Assembly: GCA_965240325.2 (NCBI GenBank)
Contig: OZ251222.1
Coordinates: forward strand, 4,526,001-4,590,000
From: Rebecca billardiae RCC1528
Taxonomy: Eukaryota > Protista > Haptophyta
Direction: 5' to 3'
DNA: 64,000 nucleotides
The position numbers and the translations under genes are program-made. The notes under the pieces are model-generated. The model was not told where the DNA came from. It saw only the letters and a list, made by a program, of their open reading frames with translations, and searched no databases. Positions 42,450-53,473 of this stretch are shown in pieces. How positions within the stretch are numbered: the stretch's first letter is position 1; each line of letters opens with the position of its first letter.

Positions 42450-44033
42450 TTACTCGTTCGCGCGCCGATCGTCATCCTCCATGACTGACTTGGTGCTGGC
42501 CGGCGTTGCCGAGCGTAGCATGGCCGCCACGCGCGCGGCCGCAGAGGAGAAGCGCAGGGTGAAGAGCAGGTTGATGGCTGCCCAAATGCTGAAGACGGAT
42601 TTGGTGCGCGAGTACAGCGCATAGGCCACCGTGCCGCAGCTCAGGCTGGCGCAGAACGTCGAGATGGCGGCGTAGCGCGAGAGCCCGCCGCCGATGAGCA
42701 GCGACTCGGCGGCGACGGATGCCATCACCATCGGGATGGACACCGCCACGGGCAGGCCGAGCGCGTAGATGAGCTGACGGATCTGAGCGTCGCGCGTGAA
42801 GCTGCGCGAGATGAGCGGGCGGCACAAGACCATTGCGACAGACATGACCACGCTCAGCACGCTCGTGATCTTGAACAGCTGGGAGATGAGCTCGCGCAGG
42901 TAGCGCATGCGCCCGGTGACGACGGCGCGCGCGGAGAGCACCTGGCCCGCGACGGCGGGCCCGTCGGCCGCGAGCACGAACAGCAGCCACAGGTTGAGCA
43001 TCGTGTGGTGCGCCGCCGCAGGCACCGGGCCCAGCCTGGTCGCGAGCGCGGTCACAAAGATCCAGAAGCTGATGATGCTCGAGGTGCGCACGAAGAGGAG
43101 GGCGTTGGTGCGCACGATCGTCGCGCCCTCGCGCAGCAGCGGCCTCACGCGCGTCAGCTGCCGGATCGGGTCGAGCCGCATGCCCATTCGCCGCGTGCGC
43201 CGGCGGAGCACGACGGCGTACACGCCGGCCGCGCCGACCTGCGCGAGCGCGGTGGCGAGCGCCGCGCCGCGCATCCCCATCCCGAGCGTGAACATCAACA
43301 GCGGGTCGAGCACGATGTTGAGCGCGGCGGCGACGCCCGAGGCGAGCAGCGGCGTGCGCGTGTCGCCGAACCCGCGGAACGCGCCCTCCGCCGCCGTGGC
43401 GAGCAGCACGGTCGGCAGCGCGTACGCGCGGATGCGCACGTACTGCATGGCGGGCACGTGCATCGCCGAGCTGGGCGGAGCGCCGAGCGCGCTGAGCAGC
43501 AGCACGGCGCCGAGCTGCATGGCTGCCATGATCACCACGCCGAGAATCAGCGCGAGCGCCAGCGTGATCTCCAGGTAGCGCGCGGCGCCGTCCACGTTCT
43601 CCTTCGCCAGCAGCCGCGAGATGTTGGACGAGGTCGAGTCCTCGATCGCCCACGTGAGCGCGACCGTCATCGCAAACAGCTCCGACGCCGGGCCTGTGGC
43701 GGCGTGCGCGATCTTGCCGAGGCCCAGGCCGATGAACATGGTGTCGATGAGCGAGAGTATGGGCGAGATGAGGATGCCCACCACGGCCGGGAGCGCCATG
43801 TGCGCGATCTCGCTGCGCACCTCGCTCGGCACGGGCGCAGGCTCGTCGTCGCGAGCCACCAGCCGCGTCGACCCGGCCATCGACGAGAGGACGCGCATGC
43901 AATTGGCGTGCACAGGCCTACGCCTCGGGCTGAGCACGCGCCCTCGCGCGGCGAGCGCCCCGCCAGGCACCATGCCGAACGCGAGCAGCGCGAGCAGCGC
44001 GACGGCCGTGCCCGACCTCGCCGAGCGCGCCAT
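42450..44033 (-). CDS. MATE family transporter (DinF/DTX-like) with signal/transit leader
   Basis: ALPAVVGILISPILSLIDTMFIG, GAFRGFGDTRTPL, NIVLDPLLMFTLGMGMRGAALATALAQ, LGPVPAAAH; multiple TM segments. Confidence 0.93.
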   Translation of the reverse strand: MARSARSGTAVALLALLAFGMVPGGALAARGRVLSPRRRPVHANCMRVLSSMAGSTRLVARDDEPAPVPSEVRSEIAHMALPAVVGILISPILSLIDTMFIGLGLGKIAHAATGPASELFAMTVALTWAIEDSTSSNISRLLAKENVDGAARYLEITLALALILGVVIMAAMQLGAVLLLSALGAPPSSAMHVPAMQYVRIRAYALPTVLLATAAEGAFRGFGDTRTPLLASGVAAALNIVLDPLLMFTLGMGMRGAALATALAQVGAAGVYAVVLRRRTRRMGMRLDPIRQLTRVRPLLREGATIVRTNALLFVRTSSIISFWIFVTALATRLGPVPAAAHHTMLNLWLLFVLAADGPAVAGQVLSARAVVTGRMRYLRELISQLFKITSVLSVVMSVAMVLCRPLISRSFTRDAQIRQLIYALGLPVAVSIPMVMASVAAESLLIGGGLSRYAAISTFCASLSCGTVAYALYSRTKSVFSIWAAINLLFTLRFSSAAARVAAMLRSATPASTKSVMEDDDRRANE

Positions 44034-44109
44034 CGCGCTAACGCGCTTCGGCGCTTGATGGATTTCGTCACAGTTCAGCTTTGCGCCGGCTGCGAGCGAT
44101 CGATAGACG

Positions 44110-45471
44110 ATGGTGGTCGCGCAGCGGCCGCTCGCGGCGCTGGCGGCATTGCTCGCGCTCGATGGTCTTTGCACGCAGGTCTACGCGTGGCGTGCGTCCG
44201 CCACTCGTGGCACGACCCCCTGCCGCACGCCACCGCGCCTGTCGAGCCCTCGGCGCCTCGTCATGGCGGATGCCGAGTCCGGGCCGTCGCCGGAGGCGTG
44301 GCGCGAGTTCCGCGCGCAGCTGATTGCCGGCGGCATCAAGGTGACGACGGACGACGGCGATTCGACGTCCGTGCAGGATGCGCCCGCCAGCCCAAGCGCG
44401 CAGCCCGAGCGCGTCGTCGTCGCCCCAAAGAACGAGCAGCTGCTGCGCACACAGAACGAGGCGTTGTGGAACGAGTACATCAACGGCGCGTGGGCGCACG
44501 TCTGCCCGCCCGAGCCCGGCGCGCTGATGTGCCGGCTGCCGCTGCCGGCGCAGCTGGTCGAGTGCATGCGCCAGCGGCCCGAGGGCGCAAGCGTGTGGGG
44601 CGACCTGCTGCGCGACCAGCTGCGCAGCGAGCTGCCGAGCGACGGCGGCGCCGAGGGCGGGCGCGCCGCGCTCTTCACCAAGTGGAGCGCCAACACTGCG
44701 TACTGCTACCGCCTCGCCGAGGCGGCGATCGCCAAGTGCTTGCGCGCGCTGCAGGCGCGCGCGAGCGCGCGCGGCTCGATCGACGCCTCCTCGCTCGAGC
44801 CCGCCGAGCTCGAGCTGCTCGACATGTACAGTGGCGCGCAGGAGGCGTGGCAGGAGGTGTGCCTCGTGACCGCAACGCCCGCGCCCGACCGCGCGCAGGC
44901 GGTGGTGATCAACCGGCCGCTCGCGAAGGGGATCGACGTGAAGCTCGCGAAGCTGCTCGTCGGCGGCGAGCAGGCGGGCGCGCCGCCCGCCGACGAGGGC
45001 CTGCTGCTGCGCTTCGAGCGCGCGTTCGGCGAGGAGGCGGCCGTGTACCTCGGCGGGCCGCAGGCGCAGCGCGAGCCCGCGCTGCTCGTGCACGGCATCG
45101 AGGGGCTGGACGGCGCGACCGAGATCGCGCCGGGGACGCGCATCTACACGGGCGGGCTCGATGCGGCCATCGACGGCGTGCTCGCCGGCCGGTACCGCCC
45201 GCTCGACTTCCGCTTCTTCGTCGGGCGGCACTCGGGCATCACGACGGCCAAGTTTGAGTACGTGGCGGTGGCGTGTGCGCGCCCAATCGCGCTCAAGCAG
45301 TGCCTCGGCCTGCCCAAGCCCCTGTGGCACGAGGTGATGGAACTCGCTGGCGGAGATCTGGCCGAGCTCAGCCGCCTCGAGATCCTCAAGCGCGATGACC
45401 TCGACGAGCCAGACGCCGACCCGGAGGCGGAGGGAGGCGCCACGCCCGCCGCCGATGATGATGCGGAATGA
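44110..45471 (+). CDS. DUF179 (YqgE/AlgH-like) protein, probably plastid-targeted
   Basis: WREFRAQL, WAH..PEPG, VVINRP, VYLGGP, DFRFFVG, ACARPIALKQCLGLPKPLWHEVMEL. Confidence 0.88.
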   Translation: MVVAQRPLAALAALLALDGLCTQVYAWRASATRGTTPCRTPPRLSSPRRLVMADAESGPSPEAWREFRAQLIAGGIKVTTDDGDSTSVQDAPASPSAQPERVVVAPKNEQLLRTQNEALWNEYINGAWAHVCPPEPGALMCRLPLPAQLVECMRQRPEGASVWGDLLRDQLRSELPSDGGAEGGRAALFTKWSANTAYCYRLAEAAIAKCLRALQARASARGSIDASSLEPAELELLDMYSGAQEAWQEVCLVTATPAPDRAQAVVINRPLAKGIDVKLAKLLVGGEQAGAPPADEGLLLRFERAFGEEAAVYLGGPQAQREPALLVHGIEGLDGATEIAPGTRIYTGGLDAAIDGVLAGRYRPLDFRFFVGRHSGITTAKFEYVAVACARPIALKQCLGLPKPLWHEVMELAGGDLAELSRLEILKRDDLDEPDADPEAEGGATPAADDDAE

Positions 45472-45753
45472 TCAGCATCGTGAAGTACGTATGCGCGACG
45501 CTGCTAGGCTTATTCGTCGTATATTAAGCAGCATCAGTAGTAGCTATACATTCGTCTAGCTCATCTGCCCATCATCGCATGCATGATGATACGGGATTAC
45601 GCGGCATAGCTACCTGCAGTCCCGTCCGCCGTCAGTCTCGGCGCTCGATCACTATTATCGTAATCGAGTAGATATATAATACGCGCGATATATTAATTAC
45701 AAATATACTGCTACTGTATCATCATATATATATAATAGTAGTGTGTATATATA

Positions 45754-46215
45754 TGTGGTGTTATTGGTACAATAATCGAGTGTGTCCGCGCGGGCAGGAA
45801 GTACGTGACCACGACAGTCGACACTAACTACCGTGTGGCATTGCGCCACATCCAGATCGCCTTTGTCCGCTGGCAGGCCTGCTCGCACAAGGCATCAAAT
45901 CGCCCAGTTGGCAGTCGTCTTCCATCGCCTTCATTGCAGCAGCTCATCGGAGCCTATCCGGACTCTCCTTACTGTACCCAGTGCTCAGCACGGCTATTCA
46001 TGAGCAGCCTCCATCTACCGTGGCAACCAACCGTGCGGCCCGTGCGCCGCCACCGGTTCATCTCAAGGGCTACTCTCATCGATCTATTATCATCAGCAGC
46101 GCAGCGCAGCAGGTGGACTTCGTTATCTCGTGGACGGGCGAAGCGCGAGCTGCTAACTGGCTGCTGAGCGGCATCGTCGGCGCCTCGTCAAGGAATATAT
46201 TAGCGGCATTGATAA
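45754..46215. repeat. Decayed dispersed repeat, homologous at its left end to 57820-59182
   Basis: TGTGGTGTTATTGGTACAATAATC..TGTGTCCGC versus TGTGCTGCTGGTGTTATTGGCACAATAATC..TGTGTCCGC; both abut TA-rich tracts. Confidence 0.6.
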
Positions 46216-48620
46216 ATGACCGCGTTCCGCGGTCCTTCCGTAGAACCAACGTAGTTAGGGGCCCGCGGTGCACCCTCCGTCGGCATATGCTGTCCGTCCA
46301 ACGCGCGGCCGTAGCGGCAGCAGCAGCGCGGAGCGCCGTCGAGCACGCGCGGCAAACGAATAATAATGGAATATTATGCAGCGCGGGCGAGTCGACGGTC
46401 TGGAAAATGCGCGATCACGCCACAGCAGGCTGGCAGAGCCCGCCCCGAGCTGCAGCATGCGCCGTAGGTGCTGCCCCAAGCTCTCGACTGCCCGTAAGCG
46501 GCGGCATGTGCGGCGGCGCCGGCGGCGGCCATGCTGCCCCGCCGTTGCGCGCCGCGGGGCGCTGCCAGCACCCGTCCGTGGTGAACGGCGCACAGCGCTC
46601 GAGCCCACAGGGGCTGGCGACCGTCAAACCGACACCCCATGTGACACGGGCCGGGGCTGCGTGTGCCAGCTGCACGCACCCCCTGGGCCCACCTGGCCCG
46701 CTCGAGCAGCTCGCGCCTTGGGTGCGCACAGCGGCTCGAGTATACTGGTATGGGACGCCTGCTGCGGTGCCGCCGAGCGAGCACGTGCGGCCGAGGGTCA
46801 CGCAGCACGGGCGACTCGACGGCGGCGAGCAGGCGCGACGGCCTCGCCGCGCCGCGGTAGAGTAAGAGCCTGCCCGGGCTGCAGCACGCCGTAGGAGCAG
46901 CCCAGCGCCCTCCTCCGCCCTCCAGCTTCGGCGCGCGCAGCAGGCCCGGCGGCGGACATGCTGCGGCGTGCCCAAGCAAGCAGGCAGATGGGCGCTGCCG
47001 GCCGCGCCGTCGCAAAGCGCGCAGAACTCGAGCTCGGGGGGGCGGACGGCCGCCAAACTGGCGCCGCAGGACGTGGCACTGCGTGCGCCAGCTGCGCGCA
47101 CCCGCTGCGCCCGCGTAGCCCGTGCGAGCGCCGTGCCTCGAGCACACGCCGCAGCAGCTCGACACAGCCACTGCAGCGCGCACGCAGCCTGCACGGAGTG
47201 CACGCCGTGGCCCGTCGGCATCTTGGAAGCCGCCGAGAGCGTGTGCTTTCCCCGCACGACGGCGGTAGCTGCCGCGATGTATACGAGCGTGCTGCCGCGC
47301 CGGCCGCCGCTGCCCGGCCGCTGCGCCGGCTTCCACTCCGCGCCCGCTGTGCGTCCGCAGCTGGCAGCTGCGCCCGCCGTCAGCCGGCCCGGTGGCCAGC
47401 TGCCGCGCTCGCTGGGCGACCACTCGATGATGCGCGCAGCGTAAAGTGCGCGCTGGGCACCTCCTCGTCGCGTGCAATTTCGAGGTAGTCCTGCATCTGC
47501 TCCTGCATCAGCCCCTCCCACCCTGCGCGCGGGCGCGGACGGAGTCGCACGCACGCGGTCCGATCGACGATCGATCGAGGCGCGGGCCGCGGCGGGACGC
47601 CGGACGGGCGTCGACGCGCAGGTTAGGTAGGTATGGTGCCGGCGCTTCCCGCAGGCGTTGCGCGCTTGGGGCGAGTGGGGCGCGTGGGCGAGACCAGCGG
47701 CCAGCCAGCCCACGCCACCGGCGCGAGGGCACCGGCGCGGCGCGCACACACACTTTGGGCCGCGGACCTCGGGTCGCGGGGCCGCCGCGCGGCTGCGTGA
47801 CCGGCAGCTGTGAGTGAGCTGATCGAGTGAGCAAGCCGAATGCGCGTCCGGAGGTACCTGCAGGCGCGCTCGGGGAGGGCCGAGGGCGATAGGTCGAGAC
47901 CAGCGGCCGGCCGGCACCCGTCGCGCACGCACTCGGTGCGCGCCTTTGAAGGCGGCATCCTCGCTCGGGCCGATGTCGACGCGCCGCTCGCGAGCACGAG
48001 ACAGCTGACAGGCGGGTAACTTGGTTGTGACAAGCGCTATTCAATTATCAAGGCGGTTCATCCATCGAGGCAAGCGGGTAACTGGCTTTAAATAGCGCTA
48101 TTCAAAAGAATCTCTTCAATATGATGAGGAGGTTCATCCAACGAGACAGGTGGGTAACTTGGTTTAAAAGCGCTATTCAAAAGAATCTCTTTCAATACCA
48201 TGAGGCGGTTCATCCATCGAGACAGGCGGGTAACTTCTTTTCGCAAGCGCTATTCAAAAGAATCTGGCCTCATAGCTGTTTTCGACCCAAAACAATCAAA
48301 CGTCGCTCGGCAAACTCGTACTCCAGCATACAAGAATGACAAAAATACTCACTTGTTTCACCCCCGGGGTATCTGATCCCACGTCCGTCCATCGACTTAT
48401 GCGGAATGGCGTGGGCGCGCTTATTTCGTCAAGCGCGTAGTTGCTAATGCAGAGCACTATGGGCCAACGTACCCCTCGAAAAATCGAAAACTCACCCTCC
48501 AACAGCCCTCAAAATCGTCCCCCATCCCCTTTTCTTTGATCAAAAGATCTTTTTGACAACGTAGTGAGGGCCCCCGGCGGGGCTCCACGCTACGCGCTCC
48601 GCCCTGCACCGCGGGCCATA
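46216..48620 (-). mobile_element. Helentron-like element, copy B (different cargo)
   Basis: Same termini as copy A in reverse: ATGACCGCGTTCCGCGGTCC.. at 46216 and ..TGCACCGCGGGCCATA at 48620. About 250 bp of the 5' end is shared with copy A. Confidence 0.85.
48005..48264 (+). repeat. Tandem repeat, about 76-bp unit x about 3.5, inside Helentron-like copy B
   Basis: Recurrent GGGTAACT..AGCGCTATTCAA(AAGAATCT)..GGTTCATCCA.CGAG blocks. Confidence 0.85.
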
Positions 48621-48893
48621 AGCTACCCCTGATGGCGATCTCGCCGACTCCCATGCCCATCACGACCACGAGCTCTCGCAGCTGCCCGCTTGGTCGGCCA
48701 GCTGGATCCCCTGCCCTTTAGCCATCGGCATCAGCTGAGTGCGCGAGATTCACCGCTGCTGCCCTCACAGCTTGACAGCTCGTTTGCAGCGCAGCGCGAT
48801 GTTGACGATTGAGATGACGGCGCCCGGATGCCGCGCCAGGACCGTCGAGCGCTGCTCGAGCACACAGGGTGTGCACCCCGGGCGGGCGTGTAG

Positions 48894-49766
48894 CTAGCTC
48901 TGCTGCTGCCGCAAGAACACGCGCGACTTGGTGACGAGTACAGGGGTCGCGCCCTTGAGGTCGGCGAAGCCCGTCACCAGCGGGTCAAACCACGAGACTC
49001 GCTCGAGGCCCTCGATAAGGGCCGGCCTGGTGGGAGCGGCGGCAGGGTCGCCCTCGGCTGCGTCGCCCTGCGGCGGCTGCCAGCGGTACCGCGCCTCCAA
49101 CCGCCGCGCCTGTATGACGGGCACGTCGGACACGACCCCCTGCGAGCCCGCCTCCGCCACGCGCGAGTACTCTGAGAAGCCAAAGGCGGTGGCGGAGGGC
49201 GACTCGGTCGCCCGCCGGGTCACTTTGTACTCGATGACTCGGCCGCTGTCCTCGAGGGTGAGGAGGTTGGGGTTGCTCGGGTCCCACGAGGCGACCGGCG
49301 TCGCGAAGCTGCGCTCCGCCTCGCCACGCCGCGCGGCTGCAAAGCTCTCCACGTTGAAGGCGCGGTCGGCGATCACGTGCTCCCCGCGCAGCACGTAGCG
49401 CGCGCTGTAGCGCAGCTTGGGCTGCGCGTCGAGCTCGTTGCGCGCGCTGGCGACGAGCGACTCGAGAGCCGGGCTGCGCGCCTCCGCAGGCGTGGCCACG
49501 TCGTACAGCTCGCGCTCGACAGACCACCTCCCCCTGAACTCTTCCGGGTAGTACACGTCGGGCGGCCCGAGCCCGGGGATGGACGAGCTAGCCACTCGGA
49601 TCGATTCAGCGTCCAGCGCCTCGGCGCCCAGAGCGCGCGCGTAGGCCACGCCGACAAGCGAACGGAGCGCAAAGGCGCGGCGCGAACTGGCGGGAGCAGG
49701 GCGTGGCGCTGCCAGGGAGGCGCCAGTGACGAGCAGTGCGACCAACACGCGAATGACCACGCCCAT
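48894..49766 (-). CDS. DUF6816-like protein, signal peptide plus twin-arginine-like motif (thylakoid lumen candidate)
   Basis: SSRRAFAL; DVYYPEEFRGRW; VIADRAFNV; WDPSNPN. Confidence 0.75.
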   Translation of the reverse strand: MGVVIRVLVALLVTGASLAAPRPAPASSRRAFALRSLVGVAYARALGAEALDAESIRVASSSIPGLGPPDVYYPEEFRGRWSVERELYDVATPAEARSPALESLVASARNELDAQPKLRYSARYVLRGEHVIADRAFNVESFAAARRGEAERSFATPVASWDPSNPNLLTLEDSGRVIEYKVTRRATESPSATAFGFSEYSRVAEAGSQGVVSDVPVIQARRLEARYRWQPPQGDAAEGDPAAAPTRPALIEGLERVSWFDPLVTGFADLKGATPVLVTKSRVFLRQQQS

Positions 49767-49850
49767 GCTGAAATGGGTCGCACAGTCGCACACTCGCACG
49801 GTCGCACACTCAGCACCGCTTTGACTCACTCGATCCATGCGACATGGGCG

Positions 49851-51362
49851 ATGGCGGCCCAGCTGCAGCATGGCGGCCGCTCGCTGTGGCTGGTGCTCAT
49901 CCTGATGAGCGCTCATCGGAGCTGGAGCCATGCCCGCGTCTGGGATGCCGAGGAGCTGCCACGCTTGCTCCATGACCAGTCTTCCCTGTCTGACGGCACC
50001 GAGGACTCGAGCGTCACTACGAGCGGGTGCTCGGCCAAGGCCGAGCCGAGAATTTACGTGTACGACGCGCTGCCTGCGGAGTTCACCACGCCGCCGAACC
50101 TGAAGCGGAACGCGAAGGAGCTGTACGCGCGTATCCGCGCGTCTGATCACTTCGAGACCAACGGCTCGTGCGCCGACTACTTCCTGCTGCGGCACTACAG
50201 CGCGCAGGACAAGGGCAAGGCAGTGCGCATGTTTGAGCACATCGCGGCGGCGTACCCGTGGTGGAACGCGACGCGCAACCGCACGCGCCACCTGCTGTAC
50301 CTGCCGCACGACCACGGCCCCGGCGACGCCGTGTACGGACTGCCGATTTCCCGCGGCCAGGAGCCGCTCAGCAGCCTGCGCGTGAACCCGTACAGCTACG
50401 AGCGGGACGTTGGCTTCCTCGTGCTCAACGGGGTGGACGACCGGCTGAAGGGCGGGCAGGTGCGCAGCCGCTGCCGCTCGTGCTTCGCGCCGGGCGTGGA
50501 CATCCGGCTGCCAACGCCGCCCGGGCACGTGTGCGGGCCCTTGTGCGGCGGCACCACGCTCGAGCAGCTGCGCAGCCTCTCGCCGTGGGCGAGGCCGCCG
50601 GCTGAGCGGGCCGCCGCGCTGCAGCGCACTCGGCGCGTGCGCTTCTACTGGGCCGGGAGCGTGCGCAGGCGCAGGAGTGCGCGCGACCAGCTCGTGCGGT
50701 ACCACGGCAATCGCACCGGCTGGGTCGTGCGGGCCACGCCCAAGCCCGAGCGCAGGGCCGACGGCACGCGCGTGCGCGCAGGGAAGGCCAACGGCGTGCC
50801 GCCACTCGCAGCCACGATGGCGGACGCGGATTTTTGCGGCTCACCCGTGGGCATGTACGACGGCGACAGCGACCGCTACCTGCCCGCAATGCTGTACGGC
50901 TGCGTGCCCGTCTTCTTCCACGCGCGCGAGGCGCGGCCGTTCGACGAGGTGCTCGAGTGGGCCAACTTCTCGGTGGTGCTGGGCGAGGAGGAGGTGCCTG
51001 AGCTGCACCGCCGGCTGCAGGCCATCACGCAAGCGGAGACGGTACGGATGCGCACAGCCATCGGCGAGGTGGTCGAGCGGATGCTCTACACGACCTTCTT
51101 GCGCGCACGGCGCGGCTCCAGGGAGAGGGCCTTGCTGCGCGAGGACGGGCAATCCGACGCGTTCTCCGGGCTGATCGACGTGCTCCGCTCTCGGCTGCAG
51201 GCTGCACCCGCCGCGCACACCGGCACTGTCGAGGCGCCGTCGCTGGCAACCCGCGGCCGCGGCGTATCAGACACTATCAGAGCCAGACCAACAGTCCAAC
51301 ACCCATCGATCTTGGCGCCCGAGCGTGAGCGTGGCCGAGCGCCGCCATCAATCGACGGCTGA
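49851..51362 (+). CDS. Exostosin-family glycosyltransferase (GT47)
   Basis: RIYVYDALP, ADYFLL, YPWWN..RHL..HDHG, MADADFCGSPVG..AMLYGCVPV..PFDEVLEWANFSVV. Confidence 0.92.
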   Translation: MAAQLQHGGRSLWLVLILMSAHRSWSHARVWDAEELPRLLHDQSSLSDGTEDSSVTTSGCSAKAEPRIYVYDALPAEFTTPPNLKRNAKELYARIRASDHFETNGSCADYFLLRHYSAQDKGKAVRMFEHIAAAYPWWNATRNRTRHLLYLPHDHGPGDAVYGLPISRGQEPLSSLRVNPYSYERDVGFLVLNGVDDRLKGGQVRSRCRSCFAPGVDIRLPTPPGHVCGPLCGGTTLEQLRSLSPWARPPAERAAALQRTRRVRFYWAGSVRRRRSARDQLVRYHGNRTGWVVRATPKPERRADGTRVRAGKANGVPPLAATMADADFCGSPVGMYDGDSDRYLPAMLYGCVPVFFHAREARPFDEVLEWANFSVVLGEEEVPELHRRLQAITQAETVRMRTAIGEVVERMLYTTFLRARRGSRERALLREDGQSDAFSGLIDVLRSRLQAAPAAHTGTVEAPSLATRGRGVSDTIRARPTVQHPSILAPERERGRAPPSIDG

Positions 51363-51890
51363 AAACTGGCGCCGACAGTTAGACTAGACACTAGTGGCCA
51401 GTTCAGATTATTATTGATATTATTTGATGAAATGACGGCCGCCGGCGCCCGTTCTGAGTGGCGCGGCGGGCAGATCTATGCCACTCGCTAGTAGCTAAGT
51501 AGCAGATACAATAGGAATAGCAACGGTGTGATAAGCCGTGTGCCGGCCCCGGTGTTATGAGTCGGATGAGGTCTCCGCCGTCTCGGCTCAGCACTCTCGG
51601 CCGCGGCCGCGGCCAGCGTCTCAATGGTACGGGCAACGGTAGCCGCGCGGCAGGCACTACAGTATGAGTATGCGGCGGCGATATATATATCGATGAATAA
51701 TCGGCGGCGTTGCACTACGGACCGCGGTACAGTAGTCTGCTACAGACAGGCGTCAGAGTGAGAGTCGTCAGACCCGGACCGCCGACGTGCGCAAGGGTTA
51801 TCGTCCCGGAAATGAAGGCCTGTGCTATAGAGTATAGGCAGTATCGCGCGGGCGGTCCGGGAAAAAGTAGTCGGGCTCGACGCCATGCCT

Positions 51891-52691
51891 CTAGTGATGA
51901 GCCTCGTTCTTTGATGGGTGCGGGGGGCCCATATCATGACCATGCGACCCGCCCGTCTCCACGACACTGTCGCCGATGTGCATCGCCATCGCGCCAATGC
52001 CGCCGGTATGCCCGGTATCGACGAGCTGCTGGGCGTTCCGGAGGTCCATGTGCTTCTTGGCGTGTTCAATGGACCAGCGGCCAAGCCAGAGCGCGCTCAT
52101 CATCGCGACGAACGTCCAGTTCGTCTGCATTGAGCCCTCAAGTAGCGAGCCTGTGACCATCTTCGGGATCCAGTTGATCGAGATGAGCACACCCGAGGTG
52201 TAGAAGAGGTACGTCATCATCGACATGTGCAGGTGCGCCCACTTGTTCACACGGATGTAGTAAATGCCGAGTGCCTGCAGAGACAGCTGAATGAAGCCAA
52301 CCGTCATCATGAGCACCTGGATCGGCAGGCTCAGGCTACTCGAGCCCTGCAAGAAGTAGATGTACCCCGTGAGCACGGAGAAGAAGCCGCACACCATGGC
52401 CGTCCAGCCGAGGACCTTGTGCACGCGCCTGAACAAGGGCCCGTGGCCGGGCGTGTGAAAGAGGTTCCACGCGCAGCACACGAAGAAGAGCGTGGCAAAC
52501 GGGATGTGCACCTGCATCGTCGGCGTGTCCACGATCACGCGCGGGAAGCCCAGCCGTGCGAGGAAGATCAGCCCGTAGATCGTGGACGCGGCCCAGACGA
52601 GCGTGAAGTTGCCGCGCACGAGCGAGGCCAGCGGGTGGAGGCGCCCGAGCGGCATCTGCACGGGCTGCTTGAGACCAATGGCCTCGGACAT
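51891..52691 (-). CDS. Polytopic membrane protein, DUF2306-like (His-containing)
   Basis: About six hydrophobic segments; VHIPF, RRVHKVLGW, HLHMSMM motifs. Confidence 0.7.
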   Translation of the reverse strand: MSEAIGLKQPVQMPLGRLHPLASLVRGNFTLVWAASTIYGLIFLARLGFPRVIVDTPTMQVHIPFATLFFVCCAWNLFHTPGHGPLFRRVHKVLGWTAMVCGFFSVLTGYIYFLQGSSSLSLPIQVLMMTVGFIQLSLQALGIYYIRVNKWAHLHMSMMTYLFYTSGVLISINWIPKMVTGSLLEGSMQTNWTFVAMMSALWLGRWSIEHAKKHMDLRNAQQLVDTGHTGGIGAMAMHIGDSVVETGGSHGHDMGPPHPSKNEAHH

Positions 52692-53473
52692 GGTGAGGGC
52701 GATCTCAGCCCAAGCGGTGGCACCAGCGCGCGGACAGTGGATCGAGCAAGAGCCCAGGGCGGCCAAGCGCCGGGGCCCCGGCCACCCTTTGACGAGACAG
52801 GTCCGTGAGTGGTCCGCGGCCGCCGGTGCATGGCGCCCCGGCGGACCACTCGACCGAGCCGACGACGGAGCGCACATAAGTGAAGCACTGCTGCTGCTGC
52901 TCATGCTGCTGCTGACCGACTGAGGCTGATGCTGATGCCGTGCCGGGCGCCGGCGCGGCCGAGCCCGCAGGGCACGCGGCAGTCCGCGCCCGGTAAACGC
53001 GGCACGGCGTACTGGCTTCAGCCTGCGCCAGTAGTTTCGGGTGGGGGAGCCGACTCGTTCTCCGAGAAGAATCGTGGCAGCCCGTCGCGCCCAACGACAT
53101 CGCCCTGACGGCCCGCGGCTGCCCAGCCTTCCACCATGGCATCGGCGACTGCCGCGGTCAGCCTCCGCAGTCCGACGGCCGACGACGCTTGCAGCACACC
53201 TGACGGCAAGGGCGGTACCTGACGAACGTGAGGGCTGGGGGAGGGGCGGTGTTCAGTGTGGCGGTTTCACTCACGACGTTCAACCGGAGCAACCTCCCTA
53301 TTAATCTCGCCCGAAGGCGCTCAGCTTGCCGCTCACCCCGCGGCGCCCCCTCTAAGGCGAGTTATTAGAGCGCTCGGGCAAGCTCTGCCCCGCTCCGCGG
53401 CAACGCCTCCCTCCTCGACGCGCGGGAGAAGGGACGGCCCTGTGCTGCCGTGGTGGGTCGGCTGTTTGACGCG

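Noticed and set aside
46140-46215. NIFLDEAPTM as the Walker B motif of a Helitron Pif1 helicase
   Set aside because: It lies outside the element termini and no other helicase motif is nearby; too short to call.
48005-48264. CRISPR or guide-RNA array
   Set aside because: Whole units are homologous with no unique spacers; an ordinary TE-internal tandem repeat.
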